From Leucoraja ocellata (lineage: Eukaryota), in the NCBI GenBank assembly GCA_036785375.1, contig JAWMAR010000016.1, positions 744,001 to 808,000 of the forward strand: a DNA stretch of 64,000 bases, given 5' to 3'. Positions 11,844-24,401 of the stretch are shown in pieces. Every line of letters starts with the position of its first letter. The first letter of the stretch is position 1. A program made the translations under genes and the position numbers. Below the pieces are notes generated by a model. The model did not search any database. It was not told the origin of the DNA and was given only the letters and a program-made list of their open reading frames with translations.

Positions 11844-12360
11844 GTAAAACAGAGACTAAAGGGAAGAGCGGAAAGGACGGTGGTTCTACAGAGTCCAGAG
11901 GAAAGTGGGAGAAATGAGATGTGCAGGAAAAAACAGAAAAGAGGAGACAGTAATTTCAAGAATCAGATTTGGACACACTGGTCTGAACAGTACACTTTTT
12001 ATAATAGGCAAGCATAATACAGGCAGATGTGAATACTGTGGGCAAGAAGAGACAAAAGAGCATGTCATTATACATTGTGAGAGGTATGAGGAAGAAAGAA
12101 GACAAATGAGTGAACGATTCAGAAAAGAAAAAGCACAATTTGATTTAATAGATATTTTACAAAAGAATTCATCTAAGTGCTATCAAATCCTATTGCTTTT
12201 TCTCAGGGTAACCAATTTGTTCGGAAAGATATAGGTTATTAGTATATAAGTTATAATGTTATTTGATCCACACTCCATACCAGTTGGTGGCGGTAATGCA
12301 CTAAAAAGTTGTTTGCCAACCGCCAAAAAAAACTACATAGAAGAAGAAGAAGAAGAAGAA
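11844..12360 (+). mobile_element. Nimb/I-clade LINE 3' end (ORF2 C-terminal CCHC knuckle, 3' hairpin, (GAA)n tail)
   Basis: KGRWFY..RIRFGHTGLN..CEYCGQEETKEHVIIHC; 3' UTR ggtggcggtaatgca..tgccaaccgcc; (GAA)n at 12340-12360. Confidence 0.75.
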
Positions 12361-12430
12361 CAGAGATTCAAGAGATTGCAGATGCCGGAATTCTGAGCTA
12401 AAAAATAAACTGCTCGAGGAAAGCAGCAGG

Positions 12431-13048
12431 TCAAGTCAAGTCACATACACATGTTATTTGTCACATACACATACGAGATGTGCAGTGAAATGAAAGTGGC
12501 AATGCTCGCGGACTTTTGTGCAAAAGACAAACAACTAAACAAACTATAAACACAATCATAACACACATATTCTTTTACATAATAAATAATGGAAGGAAAA
12601 ACGTTCAGTAGAGTTAGTCCCTGGTGAGATAGGCGTTTACAGTCCGAATGGCCTCTGGGAAGAAACTCCTTCTCAACCTCTCCGTTCTCACTGCATGGCA
12701 ACGGAGGCGTTTGCCTTACCGTAGCAGCTGGAACAGTCCGTTGCAGGGGTGGAAGGGGTCTCTCATGATATTGTTGGCTCTGGAGTTGCACCTCCTGATG
12801 TATAGTTCCTGCAGGGGGGCAAGTGAAGTTCCCATAGTGCGTTCGGCCGAACGCACTACTCTCTGCAGAGCCTTCTTGCCCTTGGCACAGCAATTCCCAA
12901 ACCAGATGGTAATGTTCCCGGACAAGATGCATTCCACCGCCGCTGCGTAGAAGCACTGGAGGATCCTCGGAGACACTCTGAATTTCCTCAATTGCCTGAG
13001 GTGGTAAAGGCGCTGCCTTGCCTTACTCACGAGTGCTGAGGCATGTTA
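12431..13048 (-). mobile_element. Rex1/Babar LINE 3' fragment inserted in a Penelope-derived unit
   Basis: KARQRLYHLRQLRKF..FY...VECILSGNITIWFGNC..KALQRVVRSAE..HPCNGLFQLL; (CTTGA)n tail. Confidence 0.85.
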
Positions 13049-14221
13049 TGCAGCATCTGTGGAGGAAATGGCTGACTCATGAAGGGTCCTGACCCAAAAC
13101 ATTGTCTAGAACGGCAGATGCTGGTTTATACCGAAGATAGTCAGGGGAGATGGAAGCTCGACGTATGAAAAGCTACAAAGAACAAATGAATGAGAGGTAT
13201 GAAAAGATCAAGTCAAAACCAAAAACAACAATCAATTAAAAAGATCAATTAAAATCCACCTAAAGCTGGAGCCCACAATGGTCCACGGTTGGCTGTGGAA
13301 AATGTGATAATGAGTAGCGAGTGAAACAGTGAGATGGCAGTCAGCCTAGTAGGACTACTATGGTGGGGGGAGGGCTGGAGAGAGAGGGAATGCCAGGAAT
13401 ACAAGAGTGCCTGGAACATGCTGCCAGAGGTGGTGGATGAGGCAGATACAATTGTCTCATAAAAAAACACCTTTGAACAGGCCTATTGATATACCAGCTG
13501 TGCCACAGTACCAGTTTCCAGTTTGATTTGTCTGCTCCAAAAATAGTTATTGTTATATAGGGGAGCAATTTATAGTATTAAATCAAGTGCCTTCAAAAAA
13601 GATCAAAGAGCTGAAAATTAATTTCACTTAAGACCCTTTGCAAATACTTGAACATTTATCATTTCATGTGCCCAGGAAGGTTTTGATCCCATTTCCCAGA
13701 TGGAAAAGGGTAACAAATATCAACAACCTTCTCATCTTATTTCTGACAACATTTTAAGCACTTAAATTTTAAATCAGCCAAACTCACAATGATTATTAAA
13801 TTTGGGATAGAAATTAATCATCTCTGTTTGTGGTATTGCATTATACATCAAAGCATATTCGAGTTCAATTTCGCCATTGGGTCATTGTGAAAAAGTCAGG
13901 TCATTTCATTTTAAAAATCATCAATTATTTTGCACCATAGATTCATCCATCAAATGAGGTGCGTGGATTTAATTAAAATGTATGAGCATCGCAGAGAATA
14001 ACATAAATGGGGAGAGCACATGTCAAATTAAAGTGGCAGAAAGGCAACAAGTCCATATCAGAGATAGCTGAGGAATATTATCGGTGGAGATTGATCTTGC
14101 AGATGAATTGGTCATAACTTGACAAAGAAGTGTCCATTACAAAACCGGAATGATGTCCTTAAATTCAATGCGCATACAAAGTTTTACCTTTTACCTTTGC
14201 AAATGAAATTAGCGTCTCGAG

Positions 14222-14520
14222 TAGCACAGCGGCTCAGCAGTAGAGTTGCTGCCTCACAGCGCCAGAGACCGGGGTCCGATCCTGACTGTGGGTGCTGGCC
14301 GAACTGCGTTTTTATGTTCTCCCTGTGACCACGTGGGTTTTCCCCAGGTGCTCTGGTTTCCTCCCACAACTCAAAGACGTACAGTTTTGAAGGTTAATTG
14401 GCTTTGGTAAAATTGTACATTTTCCCCAGTATGTACGATAGTGTGAGGGGTGGTTGCTGGTCTGCACGAACCAGGTGGGCTGAAGGGCCTGTTTCCTCAC
14501 TATATCTCTAAAGTCTAAAT
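14222..14520 (+). mobile_element. V-SINE (HE1-like)
   Basis: Head, V-domain and tail. Confidence 0.8.
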
Positions 14521-14849
14521 TCGAATCAAGATCCATTCAATCTCCGTTTTAAAAATACCCAATGACTTGGCCTCCACCGTCATCTGTGGCTATAAATCCC
14601 ATAGAATCACCACCCTCTGGTCTGTCTAAATGTCTTTTAAATGTTTTTATTATGTTCCTCAAATACCTCCTCTGTCAGTTCATCCCATATACCCACTACC
14701 GTCTGTGTGAAAAAGTTGCCCCTTTGGTTCCATTTACATTTTCCCCTCCCATCTTAAACCGATACCCTCTAGTTTTTGATAGCCCCAGCCTGGGAAAAAG
14801 ACTCAATATAAAACAATTATCGATATGCACGGCTTGGCAATGTATCATG

Positions 14850-15180
14850 GACATATTATATGAAACATGTTTCCACTAATGGGAGAATCAAGGACCAGAG
14901 GGCACAGCCTCACAACAAAAGGATGCACCTTTACAAAATAAATCAAAGGAATTTCTTTAGACAGAGGGCAGTGAATCTGTGAAATTCATTGCCACAGATG
15001 GCAAGTCATTGGATATTTTTAAAGCAGAGATTAACAGGTTCTTGATGTAAGGGTGTCAGGGGTTAAGGGGAGAAGGCAGGAGAAGGGGGTTGAGAGGGAA
15101 AGATAGATCAGGCATGATTGAATGGTAGAGTAGACTTGTTGGACTGAATGGCCTAATTCTGCTCCTAAGACATGAATTTA
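14850..15180 (+). mobile_element. CR1 LINE 3' end
   Basis: gggagaatcaaggaccagagggcacagcctc...gaatggcctaattctgctccta 3' UTR. Confidence 0.75.
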
Positions 15181-15244
15181 TAACAATAATCTTGAAATTA
15201 AATGAATGTACTGAGGAACAATAAGAATGTACATAGACTTCAGA

Positions 15245-15630
15245 CATTATAGTGCGGAAATAGGCCCTTCGGCCCACCTAGTCTGACCAGTGATCGCCCA
15301 CTCTAGCACTATCCTACACACTGGAGAGGGAGATTGCAACCTTCACGTGGTCCACCCCGTTTCGACTACGGTAATTAACCCGACGTGCACAAACAAAAGA
15401 TCAACTAGAACAAGTTGACCTACAACTTTAGGCTGTGCACGCCATATGCAAGAAGACGACACTTTGGGGACAATTTACAATCTTTATCAAAGCCAATTAA
15501 CCTACTAACCTGTATGTCTTTGGAGTGTGGGAGGAAACCGGAGCACCCAGAGAAATCCCAGCACCCTTAGTCAGAATTGAACCCGGGTCACAGTCATGTT
15601 GTAAAGCAGCAGATCTACCACTGTGCCACC
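15245..15630 (-). mobile_element. V-SINE interrupted by a 136-bp insertion (15323-15458)
   Basis: SINE halves are collinear around the insert; ACACT duplicated at 15318-22 and 15459-63. Confidence 0.75.
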
Positions 15631-16451
15631 CTCACGTATAACACTGATCTTGAGATTGAACGAATGTACTAAAGAACAATGGACATTATAAATGTACTCA
15701 GAGAATTTCATCTACACATCCAAGCCGATTCAAATCACGGAGATCAAAATTAGCTATTGAACACACTGTTTTGCTTTAATGTTTTGTGAAGCCTTGTTTA
15801 AAAACTGGCACACGCACCAGACATTAGGTCTCCAAATTAGAAAATAGTTCAGAACATATGATATTCATTTTGCCGCTCTTGATTACTTCAAAAGTACAAG
15901 GCCCATTTGTGACATAAAGCACATGAATAGCAATGGAGCGTAGCAACACATAATAGAATGTAATGCTGTGTAATTAGCACTACAAGCTTAAGATAATACG
16001 AGTTGGAGATTTAAAACAGCTGCTTGCCAGATGGCGAAAACCTTTGGTATCAACGAAAGGCAGGTATGGACCTTACATAGGGGTTCCCGTGTGGTATGGG
16101 CAGAGAAAATGCATGGAAGCCTTAAGTTAATGTCAGGGCTCATCATAGCAAGGGATGGAAGGATGTATTCCCTGGAACAGATGGAGAGCAGGTTGTGGAC
16201 TCGGGTCAGCTGGGAATGGCCAAGCACATCAATGGGAACGTGAGGAATACAGGAAAGAAAGAAGAATGGATACCAACTACTGTGGGATCCACTATGGGTC
16301 CCTGTGGGGGGGAATGTATATGTGGTGGATATGCAAACAATCTCATATGCTTTATTAAATAGAACTTACAGATATTTCAAAATCATGTTGAAAACAAGAA
16401 ATGCATGCACGCACAGGAACTTTATAATATTACGGAAAGATGGGCAGCAGA

Positions 16452-16710
16452 GTGGCACAGTGGTAGAGTTGCTGCATTACAACACCAGAGACCCGGGTTC
16501 AATCCTGACTACGGATGCTGTCTGTGTAGAGTTTGTACCTTCTCCCTGTGACCGCGTGGGTTTTTCTTCGGGTGCTCCGTTTTCCTCCCATTCTCCAAAG
16601 ACGTACAGGTTTGTAGGTTAATTGGCATGTAGGATAGTGCTAGTGTACAGGGTGATCGTTGGTCAGCATTGACTCGATGGGACGAAGGGCCTGTTTCTGC
16701 ACTGTATATT
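16452..16710 (+). mobile_element. V-SINE (HE1-like)
   Basis: Head with gggttcaatcc, V-domain and tail. Confidence 0.85.
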
Positions 16711-16929
16711 TAACATGCTCACTGCCAAGTATAATTTTTTCACTGTTGCCCGTGACCCGAGTATACTCGGGGTGGCACTGAACAGGTTAAAGTCCAAAAG
16801 TAAAAGAAATGGTGCTAAAGCCTGGTTCTTAGTAATGAGTATTTGAAAGTTAAATATTAGTTCAATGTAGAGAAGGTAAACCATCAGAGCACAGAAAAGC
16901 CACATAATAAATTGCATTTAAGTTGCAAT

Positions 16930-17135
16930 ATTATTCTAAAGAGAACTGATGCGCTACAATGCTGAGAACTATGTTCTATGTACTCTGTGCCTTTCCCCTT
17001 TGCTCTACCTACTTGCGTTTGACTTGATTGTATTTATGCATAGTGTTATCTGATCTGTTTGGATGGCATGCAGAACAAAGCTTTTAACTGCACCTCGGTA
17101 TCGGTGACCATATTAAACCTAAACCTCAACCATAA
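16930..17135 (+). mobile_element. Rex1/L2-type LINE 3' UTR fragment
   Basis: tctgatctgtttggat..aaagctttt..ctgcacctcggta..aaacctaaacct tail, shared with several copies in the window. Confidence 0.6.
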
Positions 17136-17769
17136 ACACCCTACTTCCAGCTCATAGGTTAAGTTGGTCAAATGTATCATGACATATTACAACAACATCA
17201 TTTAGACATTTGGTCAGGAACATGGATAGGTAAGGTTTAGCGGGATATGGAACAAATGCAGGTAGGTGGGACAGGTAGGTATAGGGCATCTTGTTCAGCA
17301 TGAGGAAGTTGGGCTGAAGGGCCTATTTCCATGCTGTAAGGTTTTAAAATAGATATTATTCATCATCTTCCAAATGGCTGAAATAGGTTGAACATAAAAG
17401 GTAAAAACAGTGATCACAATGCAAACAATAAATTATTAATGGTACTGTATTTATCGATTGATCGATTGGTGATTGAAAGGTACAGCATGGAAAGAGGCTC
17501 CTCAGCCAACCATCAGTATAATATGTTAGCAAGCAAGAATAATTGAAACAAAAAAGTCAACATTTATTTTTGTTTCATAAGCATCCTTGTGTTGTAATAG
17601 TTTTGGGAATTAAACACCTGAGTATTTTGCCTCATCATAACTCTACTTTTTTAAATTGTATTTCATGCAGTGGGTAAAAACAAATGCAGTAATTTGTAGC
17701 TAGTTTCATGTTCTCTCTTCCACCGTTTCTCTGCTTCTCCTTCTGAAAGCAGAAGGAACTTGAATTAAT

Positions 17770-18060
17770 TGAAAGATACGACATGGACACTGGCCCTTCG
17801 GCCTACCCGTTCCATGCCAACCATTGATCACCCGCTCAGACTGGTTCTGCGTTATCCCATTTTCGCATCCACTCCCTACACACTAGGGGCAAGTTACAGA
17901 TGCCAATTAACCTACAAACCCGCATGCATTGGGGATGTGGGTGGAAACCAGAGCATCCAGAGGAAACCCCACAGTAACAGGGAAAATGTGCATACTTCAC
18001 ATAGACAGCATCCGGGGTCAGTATCGAACCTGGGTCTCTGATGCTGTGAGGCAGCAGCTT
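17770..18060 (-). mobile_element. V-SINE
   Basis: Reverse complement of tail, V-domain and head. Confidence 0.8.
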
Positions 18061-18250
18061 TATCAAGTCTCCCCTGAAATGAAACAATTTCAACTGTCTT
18101 TAAATGATCAATGGAGGTTCAGTGGTTTAGCATCATTTAATTTGCTGCTGCTGACAGATAAATATAAAGTAACAAGCTCATCGCCAAACACTACTGACAT
18201 CCCATGTCTGCTGGTTCTTCAGAATTCATAATATATAAAATAGCATCTGA

Positions 18251-18541
18251 GGTGGCACAGTGGTGCAGCGGTAGAGTTGCTGCTTTAGAGAGCCAGTGTC
18301 CCGAGTTCGATCCTGTCTACGGGTGCTGCATGTACGGAGTTTGTACGTTATTCCTGTGACCACGTGGGTTTTCTACGGTTTCTTCTCACACTCCAAAGAC
18401 ATACAGGTTTGTAGGCTAATTGCCTTCAGTAAGTTGTAAAAGATTGTCCCTAGTGTGTGTAGGTTGGCATACTGGGTGATCAGTGCTGGTTGGCGCAGAC
18501 TCGGTGGGCTGAAGGGCCTATTTCCGCGCTGTATCTCTAAA
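18251..18541 (+). mobile_element. V-SINE (HE1-like)
   Basis: ggtggcacagtggtgcagcggtagagttgctgc..gagttcgatcc head, V-domain and tail. Confidence 0.85.
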
Positions 18542-18846
18542 GCCTGAAGGTTACTTTGCAAGTCTGAAATTTGGGTTTATTTAGTGTGAAGATTCATTTG
18601 TTACCCGTTGCATTTTCTTATTTGATAGCACAACTTCTGAAATGAAAGATGAAGTGATGTGCATAAACAGAAGAATGAGTGTGTACGGAAACAAATGGTG
18701 CAGTTTCTTCACTGGCAAAATAAATTGCAATCAAGATCAACAGTGCCCTCAAATGGTGACATTGTGATAAACATGATTTTTATTTTTGAAAAACACAGCA
18801 AAGATAGGACTGGAAAGAACAGTAAAGTTGATTTGGGGTCTCATAA

Positions 18847-19065
18847 AGGGCCTATCCCACTTTCACGACCTAATTCACCACCTTTTTTACTCGTGGCCAT
18901 TTTTCATCATGCTAGAAAAATGCCCCGACCTACTTGATGCCACCTATGTGAGTACCTACAACTAGCATCACGGCCTGCTATGACCTACCTACGACCTCGT
19001 GATGACCATGCTGCGAGTATGTCAAGGGCAAACTCGGCACAGGTCGTGAAAGTGAGACAGGCCCC
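18847..19065. mobile_element. PIF/Harbinger MITE
   Basis: 25-bp TIRs agggcctatcccactttcacgacct / aggtcgtgaaagtgagacaggcccc; flanks TAA and TAT. Confidence 0.75.
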
Positions 19066-20029
19066 TATCTCTGAACACTTTTGAAAGATAGCACCATTGA
19101 AATATTCAGCAGATCTGGAAGCACAGATAGGGAGAGAGTAACAGAATTAATATTTCAGACTGATAAGCTTTCACCCATACTGTGAAAAATGGGAGACAAG
19201 AGGAGAACAAATTGGAAGGATTATAGCAGAGTGGAAGATAGAAGAGATTAAATGAGACCAATGTGCAAGATGAAAGAATGTGGTAAGCAATCAGGTTTAT
19301 TTATTTGCAAAATGCAAACTCTCTAGTCAAGAAAAATCAATCCAAATAAATAGTTCATTGCATCATGAGTCTTAAATAACAGGAGCCCAAGTGAGAAACA
19401 AAGTCGAAGAGATTAGTCATTAGGTTCACTTAAGTTTTAAGTCAAGGGCTGTAAATATTTATAAATTTACTACCTTGGAGGTCAATGAATCACTGCGTAT
19501 ATTCAAGTAGAAATCAATAGACATTTGTCTGTAAGTGAAATTAGAAGATATGGGGACTGAATGAACAAGGTGGGACATCAGTTAAGAACTTACCGAATGG
19601 TACACTAGGCATCATGGACAACATGGTCTACTCTTGATTCTATTTCTTATGTGCTAAATGGGACATTCTCAAAAGGATATTAATAACACATAAAGTCTAC
19701 CATATTAGTGTAGTGCAGCGGTAAAAGTTCACCAGAATCTGAGGAGACAGAGGAGACTCAGTAGTTCTTTGCATTTCTCGTGCCAGAATCACACGTACAA
19801 TCCTAATTTTACCTCTTGATTTCATAAAGTGTCTTTTTGTGCTGCAAACTTCAACATCCCATTTCACAGTCAGATTTGGTAGGGCATGTTAATATACAGA
19901 CTCTCTCACAATATCTGAATTGTTTCTCTCAAGACCTTGAATCATAATTTCCGATGTGTCCCACACTCCTCTTTCACTCTTCCCCGAGGATTTGACTGAA
20001 CTAAGCTTTACTTTAGTTACTTCAGAGAA

Positions 20030-20250
20030 TGCACGTTCTACCTGTGACCGCATGGGTTTCGTCTGCGTGCTCTGGTTTTCTCCCACAAGACGCACAGGTT
20101 TGTAGGTTAATCGGTCCTCTTTAAATTGCCCCTAGTGCGTAGGGAGTGGATGAACAAGTGGGATAACAGAACTGGTGTGAACGGGAGATCGATGGTCGGC
20201 GTGGATTTGGAGGCCAAAGGGTCTGTTCCGTGCTGCATCTTTCAATCAAT
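20030..20250 (+). mobile_element. 5'-truncated V-SINE
   Basis: V-domain and tail ending tcaatcaat. Confidence 0.75.
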
Positions 20251-20884
20251 TGAGTAATCTTGAAGACCCATGAGTATAGCATCAAATAGTTCACAAAGAA
20301 TCAGAAGAAATGCCTCAATCTTCAAAGCATTCAAAACAGTCCTCATGACTGTTGAATCTGAATGACAGAAGGAACGGAGAAGCCCATTTAAAGCAATCAT
20401 TATCATCCTCAAGGCACTAATCACAGTGCACAGTGTACAATTTAAAACCTCGGTCACATTTGTTCACCGCGGAACAAAAGGCGGTCGGGCGAGGAGAGGA
20501 CATCGGTTGCTGGTCGACCGAGGGAAGGCAATGGCTGGAGGCCCACAGCAGCCTGGGACTTGCCTGAATCAGGCGTCAACTTGAGCGTGGACTGGACTTG
20601 GAAAATGGGGCCAAACACAGCGTCCCTTTCATGCAGGCTCAGTAGATTATTTCCGTACAATTGCTAATGGGGGTGGTATGGTAATAGTCTACTGGACTGT
20701 TTGTAAGAAAATAATTGAATTGTGCATTTGCACTTCGCACATGTGAGAATAAAGAACTATTACGCCATTGAACATTGACTTGTAGAATGGAAATCATCAA
20801 CAAACAAAGCAAAAAATTTAAAATAAATCCTTGACAATTTTTGTCTCAGGTCTAGACTGTACATGTGACTATATATTCAGCTTA

Positions 20885-21057
20885 GGAAGGAACTGCAGAT
20901 GCTAGTTTACACTGAAGATGGACACAAAATGCTGGTTTTGGATCAATACCTTTCTTCAGACTGAAGGCGGGGTCTCGACCCAAAAGGCCACCCATTCCAT
21001 CTATTCAGAGATGCTGCCTGTCCCGCTGAGTTACACCAGCATTTTGTGTTTATCTAT
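20885..21057. repeat. Penelope-derived hammerhead-core repeat (inverted arrangement)
   Basis: ctttcttcagactgaaggcggggtctcgacccaaaagg... Confidence 0.7.
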
Positions 21058-21079
21058 GTTGCTTTATGCCCAACTTATC

Positions 21080-21485
21080 TCAGCAATGCCACCAGCATAA
21101 TCAAGGATGAGTTGCACACCGGCCACTCCTTCATCTCCCCTCTCCCATTAGGCAAGAGGTATAGAAGTGTGAAAAAGCACACCTCCAGATTCAGGGACAG
21201 ATTTTTCCCAGCTGTTATCAGGCAACTGACCTATCTTACTAACAACTATAGAGTGGTCCTGGGCTAATATCTGTCTCATTCGAGACCCTCGGTCTGTCTT
21301 TGATTGGACTTTACTAGACTTTATCCTGCACTAAACCTTATTAATGTTATTCCCTTTATTATGTATCTGTACACTCTGGATGAATCGAAGGTAATCATGT
21401 ATTATCTTTCCGCTGACTGGTTAGCACGCAACAGAAGATTTTTGCCGTACCTTGGTACACATGACAATAAACTAAACTCAAACTC
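21080..21485 (+). mobile_element. Rex1/Babar LINE 3' end
   Basis: ATSIIKDELHTGHSFISPLPLGKRYRSVKKHTSRFRDRFFPAVIRQL, then 3' UTR and tail. Confidence 0.8.
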
Positions 21486-22299
21486 TGGAGGATTCCATCT
21501 TAAACAAAGCTCCGTAATAAGTTGGCTGGCGATATATTTAACAGAAGATGGAAAGACTTAATTCAAGAAACTGCTATGGGTAAAATATAAATAAAATATG
21601 AGTCTATTTGACACATAAATTAATATTTAACCAGAAAACAGTATTGAAAATAGCACAATAACTCATTCAGATCTCTCGCTAGCAAAAATTATCATGTAGT
21701 ATAATTCTTTCTTTTATATATGCACATCAATGTTTGTTTGCAGCAAGTATATTTCATCTTGCATTTTACTTGTTAAGTAACAACAACTGAAGTAGGTCAT
21801 AATAAATATTTTAAGATTTTAATGTATTATTAAACTCCACGTACAATTCAGTCAAGGTGCTGATGAGAGTATTGCACATGAATTAAAACCCAGTGGCAAG
21901 TCGTGTATGTTCTTTGAAATATACATAGTCATAATATGGCTAGTCACATCCTATTTTTTTTTGCTAGATTAATGTTAACAGTGCACAGATATTTAAGATC
22001 TTGTTGGGAATTTATTATAGGATAGTCTACAGATGTTAATAATAAGTACCTTTTTCCCCCAGTACACGTTTCATCCTTATTTGTTGCTGCAGAAGACAGC
22101 TGTATAAAATGAGATAAATCTGACTTTAGAAACAAAGAACTGCAGATGCTGGTTTACAGAAAAATGACACAAAGTGCTGGAGTAACTTAGCAGGTCAGGC
22201 AGCATCGCTGGAGAACATAGATAGATGATGTTTGGGGTTGACACCTTTCTTCAGGGATGAAATCGGGGATGGGACCCGTAGATCAGTAGCATGGGACAG

Positions 22300-22885
22300 C
22301 GAGTCAAGAGGGTTTTATTGTAAGATGTCCCAGATAGAACAATGACAATTCCTACTTGCAGCAGTACAACAGAACATGTAAACATAGTACACTGTAAATA
22401 ATATAGTAAATGGAAAAAAGTTCAGTATATAAATAACACATATATGTGATTGTGTATGTATGTGTGTGCATATAAATATATGGACTGAACATTATTATAT
22501 TGTTTAGAGAATATTCATATTTAGACACAAAATGTTGGAGTAACTCAGCAGGACAGATAGCATCTCTGGAGAGAAGGAATGGGTGAGATTTCAGGTTGAG
22601 CCCTTCAGTCTAGTTTGAAGAAACTGTTCGTGAACCTGGACTTTACCGTTTTCAGGATCCTGTATCTTCTTCCCGATGGCAGCAGTGAAATTAGAGCGTG
22701 GTCAAGTTGGTGTAGGCCCCTGATCATGCTGACTGCCTTTGAGGCACCGGCTCCTGTAGGTCCCTTCGATGGTGGGGAGGCCAGTACAGATGATGGACTG
22801 GGGGCAGTGTTCACAACTTTTTGCAATCTTCTTCACTCCTGGGCGTTCAAGTTGCCAAACCAGGCCACGGTGTAACCAGTCGTGG
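22300..22885 (-). mobile_element. Rex1/Babar LINE 3' end interrupted by a Penelope-derived unit (about 22520-22610)
   Basis: ISLLPSGRRYRILKTVKSRFTNSFF. Confidence 0.75.
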
Positions 22886-23747
22886 AAGGTAACAAAGAAA
22901 ACAAGTGATTTTTCTTTAAGCAGGTACTTGAAGAGTGTGCAGGGCCTGCCTTATCTAGCCTTGGAACATGTGTCAAACTGCCTTTAATGTCGACACGGGT
23001 CACACTGCCATGGTTACTGTATGATTCCATGGTTTCTTATATCTCATATGTGTAAAATAATTTTCCTCCTTAAATTCGACCGTGAACAAAAACATATGAC
23101 TTCACTACCCAAACCACATTTAGTGATCGCCTTTGATAAAAGTCCAACAATAGCAACAAAAAAAAATCACCGCTCTACACAAAAGCATTTCCAAGCAAAT
23201 CAAATGTATTTTTTATATTTCCTTTTGATCTGCCCCAGGGTTTGTGAGAATTATATCTGTATGGTGTCTGAATTTAAACACAGTTTGAATTATGTAACAT
23301 ACTGATATTTACTGAATTTAGACATGTATTCAAATGACAGCATTAAAGCAGGCAGCTTTAAGTTTCCAAATTGTTAAATCAATACAGTTGTAAAGATGAT
23401 GATGCAAAAGATTTTCAGCTTCTGGCAAAAATAAACAGTCTTCCATATGTTATTTTTCCACTATTTGTGTCTGAAAATTAAATTGCCCGATCTACTGAAA
23501 TTAAAGACATTTGTCATCATCAGATAGAATGCATCAGCATAACAGCATAGCCACAAGGTTCTTTCATTCACAAACCAATTATTTTGTTTCTATAACCATC
23601 ATTAAATCTTGGGGTACCGCAAATTTAGCTTATGATAGATGAGGTTATGTTGATATAATTGCTTTATTTCTGTTATCCTGGCAACCAATTACAATGCTAT
23701 TTGAATTGCTTGCAGTTTAGTTTTATAGAAGCAATTTTTAATACAGA

Positions 23748-23943
23748 AGATAGATGCAACGTGCTGGAGTAACTCAGCGTGCTAGGCAGCATCTCTGGAG
23801 AAAAAGGATAGGTGACATTTCATGTCGGGATCCTTCTTCACTCTGAAGAAAGACACAAAGTACTGGAGTAACTTAGCGGGTCAGGCAGCATTTCTGGAGA
23901 AAAAGGATAGGTAACATTTCGGATCGGGACCCTTCTTCAGTCT
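23748..23943 (-). repeat. Tandem dimer of Penelope-derived hammerhead-core units
   Basis: Two head-to-tail copies of about 100 nt, each ending ccttcttca. Confidence 0.8.
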
Positions 23944-23959
23944 GGATGTAACTGTCCGA

Positions 23960-24400
23960 TTGTTTCTTAAACATTACGATAGTATCTGTGATAGTGTCCT
24001 CACGTGTGGCTAAAGAGGATATGAAGATCTTCATCAAGGTTACCGCATCTCCTCTCTTTTCTCTCTCAATAAGCAGGTGCAGATCACAACAGGCCTTATG
24101 AAAATCCATATAGAGAGCATCCACTGCCCTACCATCATTAATCACCTTTGTCACCCCCTCAAAATGAGTCACGTTCATTGGAGATTTATCCACCTTAATG
24201 CTCATCAAGAACCCCAAAACCAACTGTTTCTCGGTCATACTGCCCTAGCATATTCATATCCCCCTCACTGATCTGGCCGACCTCCATGGTGATACCAATG
24301 CAAAGTACTCAGTTAGTTCCCCTCCTACATCATCTGAATCCAAACATAATTTCCTCCTTGTGTGGTCTTATCTTCTCCCCATTTATCCTCTTGTTTTTAA
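23960..24400 (-). mobile_element. Degenerate CR1 ORF2 fragment
   Basis: IKVDKSP..FEGVTKVINDGRAVDALYMDFHKA is the CR1 RT motif. Confidence 0.7.
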
Positions 24401-24401
24401 T

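Noticed and set aside
11848-12367. AACAGAGA as a TSD of the Nimb-like element
   Set aside because: The left copy falls within sequence that still looks like ORF2 coding (VKQRLK), so the match is probably coincidental
18251-18325. tRNA gene (A and B boxes visible)
   Set aside because: It is the tRNA-derived head of a V-SINE and continues into the V-domain; the same applies to the other copies
23748-23943. CRISPR-like array or prokaryotic repeat system
   Set aside because: The context is eukaryotic, the repeats are dispersed transposon derivatives without unique regular spacers, and there are no cas genes
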